Positions 26,380-33,655 of a DNA stretch of 33,655 nt are shown piece after piece (within the stretch, counting starts at the first letter, position 1; each line of letters begins with the position of its first letter). The position numbers and the translations under genes were made by a program. This DNA is from an uncultured Lautropia sp. (lineage in GTDB: Bacteria > Pseudomonadota > Gammaproteobacteria > Burkholderiales > Burkholderiaceae_E). Location of the stretch: the NCBI GenBank assembly GCA_937858875.1, contig CALLYQ010000217.1, forward strand, positions 1 to 33,655. Reading direction: 5' to 3'. Below the pieces are notes generated by a model. That model did no database searches. It was not told the origin of the DNA and was given only the letters and a program-made list of their open reading frames with translations.

Positions 26380-29076
26380 ATGGCTACTCGCAAACCTCCG
26401 ACGAACGGAGCGGGCAAGTCGTCCCGCACCGACTCCCGATCCGTCTCCGGCCGCAAGAGCAAGACTGCCTCCGGCGACGCCCCGGAAACCGGTCCCTCGG
26501 CCGTGCGGCCCGTCGAGCACGCGCCGCCGCCGGCAGACCGTGCGCGGCCCGAGCCGCCGACCGCGATTCCGGAGCAGCCCCCGGCGCCGACCCTCGAAAG
26601 GCTGGGGACGGCGCTGTCGACGATGTCGGGACCGTCGAGCACGCGGCCCGACGCGGCGCAGGCGAACGAGCTGCCGGAAACCGAGCACCGAATGCTGGAG
26701 AGCAAGCAGGCCGGCACCGAGCGCCTGGCCGAATCGTTCCCCTTCAATCCGACGAAGGCCGGCGAGCATGGCCGCGAAGCCGGGCTCGAGCCGCAGCAGG
26801 GGCAGTCGGTCGAACCGGACGACCCGCTCGATACCTCGAGCACGGTCAGCGAAGACGCCCGTTCGACCAAGCTCGGCCAGGGCATGCCGCGCGCCGGATA
26901 CAACCCGAACAACGAGTCGCTCGACCGCGTGCGCGTCGATTCGGGTGGCCAGGCGCTGACGACGAACCAGGGCGTGAAGATCGCCGACAACCAGAACTCG
27001 CTGAAGGCCGGCCTGCGCGGACCCACGCTGCTCGAAGACGCGATCCTGCGCGAGAAGATCACGCACTTCGACCACGAGCGGATTCCCGAACGCGTCGTCC
27101 ATGCGCGCGGTTCCGGCGCGCACGGTTACTTCGAGTGCTACGAGGCGCTGACCGATCTCACGATGGCGGCGCCCTTCGCCGAAGCGGGCAAGCGCACGCC
27201 GGTCTTCGTTCGCTTCTCGACGGTGGGCGGCGAGCGCGGTTCGTTCGACCTCGCGCGCGACGTGCGCGGCTTCGCGGTCAAGTTCTACACCGACCAGGGC
27301 AACTGGGACCTGGTCGGCAACAACATGCCGATCTTCTTCATCCAGGACGCGATGAAGTTCCCCGACCTCGTCCACGCGGTCAAGCCGGAGCCTCATCACC
27401 AGATGCCGCAGGCGTCGACGGCGCACGACACGTTCTGGGATTTCGCCGGGTTGATGCCCGAGATCACGCACATGCTGCTTTGGCTGATGTCGGACCGGGC
27501 GATTCCGCGCAGCTACCGGATGATGCAGGGCTTCGGCGTGCACACGTTCCGGCTCGTCAACGCCGCCGGCGAATCGGTGTTCTGCAAGTTTCACTGGAGC
27601 CCGGTGGCGGGCACGCACTCGCTGCTCTGGGACGAGGCCGTCAAGGTCAACGGCGCGGACCCCGATTTTCACCGGCGCGACCTGTGGGAGTCGATCGAGG
27701 CCGGCAACTACCCCGAATACGAGCTGGCGCTGCAGATCTTCACCGAGGAGCAGGCCGAAAGCTTCACGTTCGACGTGCTGGACTCGACGAAGATCGTTCC
27801 CGAGGAACTGGTGCCGCTGCGCCCTGTCGGCCGCATGGTGCTGAACCGCAACCCTGACAATTTCTTCGCCGAAACCGAACAGGTTGCGTTCTGCACGCAG
27901 CACGTGGTCCCCGGCATCGACTTCAGCAACGATCCGTTGCTGCAGGGGCGCAACTTCTCGTACCTGGACACGCAGTTGTTGCGGCTCGGCGGCCCGAACT
28001 TCACCGAGATCCCGATCAACGCGCCGATCGCGCAGGTGCACAACAACCAGCGCGACGGCTTCCACCGCCAGGCGATCCATCGCGGCCGCGTCAACTACGA
28101 GCCGAATTCGCTGGCCGGCGGCTGTCCGTTCCAGGCCGGAATGGCGGGTTTCGTGTCATTCCCGCAGCCGGTGCACGAAGACAAGCTGCGCGGCAAGCCC
28201 GAGAAGTTCGCCGACCACTACTCGCAGGCGAAGCTGTTCTGGCGCAGCCAGACGCCGATCGAGAAGCGGCATATCATCAATGCGTTCCGTTTCGAGTTGA
28301 CGCGGGTGCAGACGAACTTCGTCCGCGAGCGGATCGTCTCGATGCTGCGCAACGTCGATGACGAACTGGCCGAGAGCCTCGCCGCCGGGCTCGGCATGCC
28401 CTTGCCCGAACCGCAGCCGCGCGTGCTCGACGAGATCGTCGAATCGGAAGTCGAGTTCTCCGACGCGCTGTCGATGTTCGCGCGCCCCGGCGACGGCAGC
28501 GTGCGCGGCCTGCGCGTGGCGCTGCTGATCGGCGACGGCATCGACGCCGATGCGATGCGCACCGTGCACCGGTCGCTGGCCGATGCCGGCGCAGCGCCGC
28601 GCTTCGTCGGCGTCCGCCTCGGCGGCATCACGCCGTCGCGGGGCGAACCGATCCACGCCGAGGTCTCGATCGAAGCGGCGCCGTCGGCCCTGTGGGACGC
28701 GGTCGTCGTGCCGGACTCCGCCGACGAAACCTTCAAGCGCATCGGACAGGCGCACGAGTTCCTGATGGATCAGTATCGTCACTGCAAGCCGATGCTCGCG
28801 CTGGGCGGCGGGGCGATGCGCCTGTTCGAGATGGTCGGCGTGTCGCCGAAACTTCCCGACGGCAGCCCCGACCCCGGCGTCGTCTGCGCGGCCGGCAGGG
28901 GCGCCTCGGAATCGTCGACAGACGGCTCGTCCGGAATCAGCGAAGACGCTGCCGCGAAAGCCGGCGTGCATCCGAAGACAGCCGAAGCGGGTTTCACGGC
29001 CGGCATCGATCAGTTCCTGGTCGCGCTTGCGCGGCGCCGGCACTTCGAGCGGGAGGAGGATCCGCCGCCGGTGTAA
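26380..29076 (+). CDS. katE: Large-subunit (clade 2) monofunctional catalase HPII with long N-terminal extension and C-terminal GATase/DJ-1-like domain
   Basis: [15 protein letters not shown] active-site motif, [19 protein letters not shown], proximal-ligand motif RNFSYLDTQ and C-terminal YRHCKP. Start uncertain (26380 preferred; in-frame ATGs also at 26623 and 26692). Confidence 0.93.
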   Translation: MATRKPPTNGAGKSSRTDSRSVSGRKSKTASGDAPETGPSAVRPVEHAPPPADRARPEPPTAIPEQPPAPTLERLGTALSTMSGPSSTRPDAAQANELPETEHRMLESKQAGTERLAESFPFNPTKAGEHGREAGLEPQQGQSVEPDDPLDTSSTVSEDARSTKLGQGMPRAGYNPNNESLDRVRVDSGGQALTTNQGVKIADNQNSLKAGLRGPTLLEDAILREKITHFDHERIPERVVHARGSGAHGYFECYEALTDLTMAAPFAEAGKRTPVFVRFSTVGGERGSFDLARDVRGFAVKFYTDQGNWDLVGNNMPIFFIQDAMKFPDLVHAVKPEPHHQMPQASTAHDTFWDFAGLMPEITHMLLWLMSDRAIPRSYRMMQGFGVHTFRLVNAAGESVFCKFHWSPVAGTHSLLWDEAVKVNGADPDFHRRDLWESIEAGNYPEYELALQIFTEEQAESFTFDVLDSTKIVPEELVPLRPVGRMVLNRNPDNFFAETEQVAFCTQHVVPGIDFSNDPLLQGRNFSYLDTQLLRLGGPNFTEIPINAPIAQVHNNQRDGFHRQAIHRGRVNYEPNSLAGGCPFQAGMAGFVSFPQPVHEDKLRGKPEKFADHYSQAKLFWRSQTPIEKRHIINAFRFELTRVQTNFVRERIVSMLRNVDDELAESLAAGLGMPLPEPQPRVLDEIVESEVEFSDALSMFARPGDGSVRGLRVALLIGDGIDADAMRTVHRSLADAGAAPRFVGVRLGGITPSRGEPIHAEVSIEAAPSALWDAVVVPDSADETFKRIGQAHEFLMDQYRHCKPMLALGGGAMRLFEMVGVSPKLPDGSPDPGVVCAAGRGASESSTDGSSGISEDAAAKAGVHPKTAEAGFTAGIDQFLVALARRRHFEREEDPPPV

Positions 29077-29265
29077 ACACGAGCCGCCTGTTCGTATTCG
29101 CAGGCAGCGCAGGCAGCGCTGCTTCCCAAGACCAGTCCGGAGGTTTCTCACATGTTGCCGATGCACTCGCCCAGGGAACCTGGCCCCGACCCGGCCGAGC
29201 CGGAACCCGACCCCGCTCCGCGGCCCGACCCGGAACCGCCGGACCCGGATCCCGTTCAGGGGGCT

Positions 29266-30144
29266 TCAACGGCGCAGGCATGCGTCGAACCAATCGATCG
29301 CGGCCCGCGAAGTCGCCTCGAAGTGCTGCGAATACGGCGAAAAATGCCCGCCGTCGACGATCAGCAGCCGTTTCGGTTCGAGCGCCTGGTTGTAGGCGGC
29401 CAGCGCCAGGTCCGTCGGCGTGACAGCGTCCTGCGAGGCAACGATCATCAGCATCGGTGTCGGGCTGACCCGCGCGATGTAGATGCCGGGCTCGTTCTCG
29501 CGCGACAACTCGACACTGCGCAAGGTGATCTCGTTGACGAATCCCGGAATCGAGTAGTAGTCGAGGGCCTCCTGCCCTGGGGAAACGCAGGGTCTCGCCG
29601 GATCGTCGGAGATCAGCGGTAGCGTCGCCGGCGCCTCGCCCCGATAACGCGCATGGCGGTCCGCGTCGAAGCGCTCGAGCAGCGCCGCGACGTTCGGCGG
29701 CGCCGTGCGCCGCAGCGCCTGCGCATGGCCGCTGATCGTCGGCACCTGCGTGACGATGCAGCGCACACGCCGGTCGATCGCAGCCACCTCGATGACGTGG
29801 CCGCCGCTGTAGCTCGAGCCCCAGAGCCCGACCCGCGCCGGGTCGATCCCCGACAAGGTCTGCGCGAAACTGATCGCATCGCGATACGCACGCTTCTGCA
29901 TCACCGGGTCGACCTCCTGGCGCGGCAAGCCGTCGCTTTCGCCGAAACCTCGGTTGTCGAAGGCCAGCACGTTGAAGCCGGCCGACGCGAAGCCGTCTGC
30001 AAAGCGCAGCGTCGAATGCCCGAGCAGCGCGCCGAAGCCCGGCGCCATGATCAGGATCGGCCCGGTCTTGGTCGCGCGAAACAGGAAGCCGCGGAGGATG
30101 GCGCCTTCGGAGTCGAAGGCGATGGGTTCTTTCGTGTAAGTCAC
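29266..30144 (-). CDS. Alpha/beta hydrolase (serine nucleophile; peptidase S15/acetyl esterase-like)
   Basis: FDNRGFGESDG, GLWGSSYSGG nucleophile elbow, QDAVTP (Asp) and GGHFSPY (His). GTG start. Confidence 0.85.
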   Translation of the reverse strand: MTYTKEPIAFDSEGAILRGFLFRATKTGPILIMAPGFGALLGHSTLRFADGFASAGFNVLAFDNRGFGESDGLPRQEVDPVMQKRAYRDAISFAQTLSGIDPARVGLWGSSYSGGHVIEVAAIDRRVRCIVTQVPTISGHAQALRRTAPPNVAALLERFDADRHARYRGEAPATLPLISDDPARPCVSPGQEALDYYSIPGFVNEITLRSVELSRENEPGIYIARVSPTPMLMIVASQDAVTPTDLALAAYNQALEPKRLLIVDGGHFSPYSQHFEATSRAAIDWFDACLRR

Positions 30145-30254
30145 TGACTCGCCTGCACGGATGGTTGGGAGTGACGCTGCGGGCTATGGTGGCATGCTCG
30201 GCTGCTCTGACTTTGCGGCGTCGGGCCCCGGATCACTCAAACCAATGTCAACTA

Positions 30255-30283
30255 TTGCCAAAACACCGGTCCGTCCTTAAAGT
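30255..30283 (+). promoter_or_regulatory. Putative sigma70 promoter of the toxin-antitoxin operon
   Basis: TTGCCA (30255-30260), 17-nt spacer, TAAAGT (30278-30283). The ATG follows 6 nt later. Confidence 0.65.
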
Positions 30284-30289
30284 GACCGA

Positions 30290-30541
30290 ATGGCTACGAC
30301 CACCATGAACATCGCACTGCCGGACGAAATGCGCGCCTTCGTCACCTCGCGCGTTACCGATGGCCAGTACGGCAATACCAGCGAATACGTGCGCGACTTG
30401 ATTCGGCGGGACCAGGAGCGTCTGCGACTGCAGCGTTTGCGTGAACTGCTCGAAGAAGGATTGGCCAGCGGCCCGGCGGAACCAATGAGCGCTCAGGATT
30501 GGAACGAGCTGCAATCGATCGCAGACGGCCGCACTGAATGA
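30290..30541 (+). CDS. Type II antitoxin, ParD-like (ribbon-helix-helix)
   Basis: TMNIALPDEMRAFV...GQYGNTSEYVRDLIRRDQ...LRELLEEGLASGPA is the characteristic ParD/CopG-type antidote pattern. Confidence 0.9.
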   Translation: MATTTMNIALPDEMRAFVTSRVTDGQYGNTSEYVRDLIRRDQERLRLQRLRELLEEGLASGPAEPMSAQDWNELQSIADGRTE

Positions 30542-30861
30542 AGCACGCCATCCTGCGGCCGGCGGCACGGCAGGATCAACGTGACCAAGTGCGCTATTAC
30601 CGGGTTCAAGCCGGTCCGAGCGTCGCGATGCGCTTGGTGCGCGCGCTACAGGAGGCAGTTCGACATATCGAGGAGCATCCGGGCTCTGGGTCTCCTCGCC
30701 TTGGCCAATTGCTCGGAGTCGAAGGACTTCGCACTTGGGCGGTGCCTGGCTTTCCGTTATCGCTGTGGTACTTCGAGCGATCTCGTTTCGTTGAGCTTGT
30801 GCGGATAATCGGGCAACGACTGGATCCAGCGACCGTGGAACTGCATCGCCCCGAAGAGTAA
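30538..30861 (+). CDS. Type II toxin, RelE/ParE superfamily
   Basis: ATGA overlap with the antitoxin. RPAARQD..D...YY, HPGSGSPR, GLRTW.V.GFP...WYF and ELVRI. Confidence 0.85.
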   Translation: MKHAILRPAARQDQRDQVRYYRVQAGPSVAMRLVRALQEAVRHIEEHPGSGSPRLGQLLGVEGLRTWAVPGFPLSLWYFERSRFVELVRIIGQRLDPATVELHRPEE

Positions 30862-30898
30862 GCACAGCTCAGGAGCTTACCGACTGTTACACGTGCGG

Positions 30899-30928
30899 TA
30901 ACCCGTCCGCAACCCTTCGCTCGTTTCA
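30899..30928 (+). promoter_or_regulatory. Putative ECF sigma-dependent promoter TAACCCG-N16-CGTTTCA
   Basis: AAC-containing -35 and CGT-containing -10 with a 16-nt spacer, directly upstream of an operon that encodes an ECF sigma factor. Confidence 0.6.
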
Positions 30929-30950
30929 TGGAAAACCCATGAGACCTGCC

Positions 30951-32729
30951 ATGCACCGAAAGCTGACGCCGTTCCTGATCACGCTTGCCGCCGCCGGTTG
31001 TACGCTGCAAACGCCGGAGGCACCGAGCCCGATCGGAGCCGATCGAGGCGTCGGCCAGCAAACGAACGCATCTTCTGCGGACGCTTCGCCGGGCCAAGCG
31101 ACCCGGAAGACGCTGTCGACAATCCCGGCCCCGGTCAGGACCGCCGGCGACATCGGGTCCACCGGAGTGACCGGCCCGGCCACCGAACTCGAGCGCGCGC
31201 GCGTCGCGCAAGCCGCGTCCGCCCGCGCCATGCCGCAGCCGCCTCGGATGCCGATGCCGGTGCCGGTGCCGATCGCACCGAGCCCCGAATCACGGGAGCG
31301 CTACCATCCGATCGATTCGAATCCCGTCCAGCTCGTTCGCGAAGCACCGATCTCGACCTTCGCGATCGACGTCGACACCGGCAGCTACAGCAACGTGCGG
31401 CGCATGCTTCTGGCCGGGCGGCTGCCGCCCAAAGACGCGGTGCGCGTCGAGGAGATGATCAATTACTTCCCGTATGCCTACGCGGCGCCACGCGACGAGC
31501 ACCCGTTCGCCGTGCACACGCAGGTCGTCGACAATCCGTGGCGCGCAGGCAGCCGGCTGCTGCGGATCGGAATCAAGGGCGAGGATCGCTCGCGCGAAAT
31601 GCTTCCGCCGGCGAACCTCGTGTTCCTCGTCGACGTCTCCGGCTCGATGAACAGCGCCGACAAGCTGCCACTGCTGAAGTCCTCGCTGAAGCTGCTGGCC
31701 GAACGGCTGCGTCCGCAGGACCGCATCTCGCTCGTGACCTATGCCTCGGGCACGCAACTGGTCTTGCCGCCGACGACCGGCACGGAAAAGGCAAGCATCG
31801 TCAACGCCATCGATGCACTGCGCGCCGGCGGCAGCACCGCCGGGGCGAGCGGCATCGAACTGGCCTACCGCACCGCGCAACAGGCGTTCATTCCGGGCGG
31901 CATCAATCGCATCCTGCTCGCCACCGACGGCGATTTCAACGTCGGCGTGACCGACTTCCGTCAGCTCGAAAGCATCGTCGAGGAAAGGCGCAAGTCGGGC
32001 ATCGCGCTGTCGACGCTCGGCTTCGGTACCGGCAACTACAACGAGCAACTGATGGAGCGCCTGGCCGACGTCGGCAACGGCGCCTACGCCTACATCGACA
32101 GCCTGATGGAGGGCCACAAGGTGCTGGTCGACGAGGCGAGCTCGACGCTCGAGGCTATTGCGCAAGACGTGAAGATCCAGGTCGAGTTCAATCCGTCGTT
32201 CGTCAGCGAATACCGGCTGATCGGCTACGAGAACCGCCTGCTCGCTCGCGAGGACTTCAACAACGATCGCGTCGACGCCGGCGACATCGGCGCCGGCCAC
32301 AGCGCGACGGCGATCTACGAGATCACGCCGGTCGGAGCGCCGGCGCGCGTCGACCCGCTGCGCTATGGCGCGTCCGGCTCGGGACAGACCGAACGAGCGG
32401 CAGGCGAAATCGCCTACGTCAAGCTGCGCTACAAGAAGCCGGAGAGCCGCGACAGCATCTTGATCGAGCACCCGGTGCACGACCGGCTTGCGAAAGACAT
32501 CGACACGGTCGACGCCGACACCCGTTTCGCCGTGGCCGTCGCCGGTTTCGCGCAACTGCTGCGCGGCGGCCAGTACACCGGAAGCTGGGACTGGAACGCG
32601 GTCCGCGCAATGGCGCAGGGTGCTCGCGGCGACGATCCCTTCGGGTATCGTGGCGAGTTCCTGCGCCTGGTGGACCTGGCCGCCTCGCTCGGTACTCGCG
32701 ACCCGCAGGCCGCTGCCCCCGTCGAATGA
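30951..32729 (+). CDS. vWA-domain lipoprotein, YfbK-like (~592 aa)
   Basis: Lipobox LAAAGC, STFAIDVDTGSYSNVRR, MIDAS motif DVSGS, ILLATDGDFNVG and C-terminal YRLIGYENR...DAGDIGAGH...RGEFLRLV. Alternative start 30939. Confidence 0.88.
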   Translation: MHRKLTPFLITLAAAGCTLQTPEAPSPIGADRGVGQQTNASSADASPGQATRKTLSTIPAPVRTAGDIGSTGVTGPATELERARVAQAASARAMPQPPRMPMPVPVPIAPSPESRERYHPIDSNPVQLVREAPISTFAIDVDTGSYSNVRRMLLAGRLPPKDAVRVEEMINYFPYAYAAPRDEHPFAVHTQVVDNPWRAGSRLLRIGIKGEDRSREMLPPANLVFLVDVSGSMNSADKLPLLKSSLKLLAERLRPQDRISLVTYASGTQLVLPPTTGTEKASIVNAIDALRAGGSTAGASGIELAYRTAQQAFIPGGINRILLATDGDFNVGVTDFRQLESIVEERRKSGIALSTLGFGTGNYNEQLMERLADVGNGAYAYIDSLMEGHKVLVDEASSTLEAIAQDVKIQVEFNPSFVSEYRLIGYENRLLAREDFNNDRVDAGDIGAGHSATAIYEITPVGAPARVDPLRYGASGSGQTERAAGEIAYVKLRYKKPESRDSILIEHPVHDRLAKDIDTVDADTRFAVAVAGFAQLLRGGQYTGSWDWNAVRAMAQGARGDDPFGYRGEFLRLVDLAASLGTRDPQAAAPVE

Positions 32730-33337
32730 GAATCCGCGCTCCCGATTCCGCTCCCGCGCCCACGGACACCGGGGAACTGGCCGACCAGGACCTGATGCTG
32801 CTGGTCGCGCGCGGACTGATCCGGGAGCCGGCGACCGAACTGTTCGAACGTCACAACGGCGCGTTGTACAACTTCCTCGCGTGGCTGTGCCAGGGCAACC
32901 TGGCCGAAGCCGAAGACCTGACGCAGAAGACCTGGCTCAGGCTAATCAGCCGCTGCGGCGACTACCGGCCCGGGCCGGCGACGTTCCGGACTTTCCTGTT
33001 CCAGATCGCCCGCAACGCCTTCCTCGACGCAAGGCGGGCCGCCGGCGAACGACTGCGCGATGATGGCGTCTCGCAGCGCGAAGCCGATCGCCTCGAAGTC
33101 GAGGACGCCGATCCCGACCCCGAGACGCTGCTGCTTTCCGTCGAAGCAAAGACCCGGCTCCATGCCGCCCTGATGACGCTGCCCGTCAGCCAGCGTGAAG
33201 TGGTCGTGCTGCGTTATTTCGCCGAGCTGTCGCTGGAAGAAGTCGCGCATACCGTCGGCGCCGGCATCGAGACCGTGCGCAGCAGGCTTCGCTACGCGTT
33301 CAAGGGGCTTCGCCGCGAGTTGGGGCCGAGCGCATGA
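32726..33337 (+). CDS. ECF-type RNA polymerase sigma-70 factor (~203 aa)
   Basis: ATGA overlap with the vWA gene. Region 2 AEDLTQKTWL...FRTFLFQIARN and region 4 LPVSQREVVVLRYFAELSLEEVA...TVRSRLRYA. Confidence 0.92.
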   Translation: MRIRAPDSAPAPTDTGELADQDLMLLVARGLIREPATELFERHNGALYNFLAWLCQGNLAEAEDLTQKTWLRLISRCGDYRPGPATFRTFLFQIARNAFLDARRAAGERLRDDGVSQREADRLEVEDADPDPETLLLSVEAKTRLHAALMTLPVSQREVVVLRYFAELSLEEVAHTVGAGIETVRSRLRYAFKGLRRELGPSA

Positions 33338-33655
33338 ACGGTTCGCTCGCAGATGCACTGCGCCGACTGCCGCGCTTCGAGCCGCCGGCGCGGATGAAGG
33401 TCGAATTTCTCGCAATGCTCGACGAGATGCCGGCCGCCGCATCCGCCGCGTCCACCGCGCCGGGATTCGAACCGCCGACGCGCTTGCGATCGACGGTGCT
33501 CGACGAGTTCGCCCGGCAACAGGCGGCTCAGTCGCCGCGACGCGAAGCCGTGTTGCGGGAGATCGCGCGCGGCGCGGAACCGGGCGCCGTGCTCGATGCG
33601 CCGCTGAGTCCGGCCGCCGATCGCTGGCTCAGGGCTCGAGCCACCGGGATCTCTG
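33334..33655 (+). CDS. Putative anti-sigma factor, N-terminal part (runs off the window)
   Basis: ATGA overlap with the sigma stop. Frame is open to the window end (MNGSLADALRRLPRFEPPARM...). Missing from the ORF track because it has no stop here. Function inferred from position only. Confidence 0.6.
   Translation, partial: MNGSLADALRRLPRFEPPARMKVEFLAMLDEMPAAASAASTAPGFEPPTRLRSTVLDEFARQQAAQSPRREAVLREIARGAEPGAVLDAPLSPAADRWLRARATGIS

Noticed and set aside
20339-28080. Many long antisense ORFs (e.g. 20339-22099, 21675-23774, 24691-26178, 26197-28080)
   Set aside because: Expected stop-poor shadow frames opposite real genes in high-GC DNA. No recognisable motifs.
29099-29124. Short tandem repeat GCAGGCAGC x2 after katE
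   Set aside because: Two copies of a 9-mer in GC-rich DNA. Not a CRISPR array, REP element or U-tailed terminator.
30998-33337. 779-aa ORF (apparent giant sigma factor)
   Set aside because: Off-frame read through the vWA gene. The sigma domain starts at the ATGA overlap at 32726.

Overview
GC-rich chromosomal window, probably betaproteobacterial (inferred from gene content and style), with about 35 protein-coding genes. I saw no rRNA, tRNA, CRISPR array, integrase or transposase. Left (1-9.6 kb): the end of a NitT/TauT-type ABC transporter operon ending in an NnrS-family gene, then dadA, cysK, a CBS-domain gene with a small acidic ORF, an epoxide-hydrolase-like enzyme, an SDR and a quinone-oxidoreductase-like MDR. 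Centre (9.6-26.2 kb): an amide/C-N-bond catabolic island. It has a MarR regulator, a signal-peptide-less AmiC/NhhC-like sensor and two convergent operons. One encodes a nitrilase-superfamily hydrolase and an Urt/Liv-type ABC importer. The other encodes an amidase, an acetamidase/formamidase, a 73-aa GatC/AtzG-like protein, a second amidase and a second Urt/Liv-type importer. The strongest unannotated signal is a shared dyad, (A/T)TnGTT-N8-AACnAT. It lies just downstream of near-identical sigma70-like promoters (TTGACG...TAG[G/C]AT) of both operons and again in the marR/oxidoreductase divergent gap, which outlines a candidate MarR+AmiC regulon of unknown substrate. Right (26.4-33.7 kb): a large-subunit catalase (katE) with Cys at the Tyr-crosslink position, a possible Pro-rich small ORF, an alpha/beta hydrolase, a ParD/ParE-type toxin-antitoxin pair with a probably leaderless transcript, and a vWA lipoprotein-ECF sigma-putative anti-sigma operon behind an ECF-type promoter. 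All family assignments come from motif recognition, not database searches.
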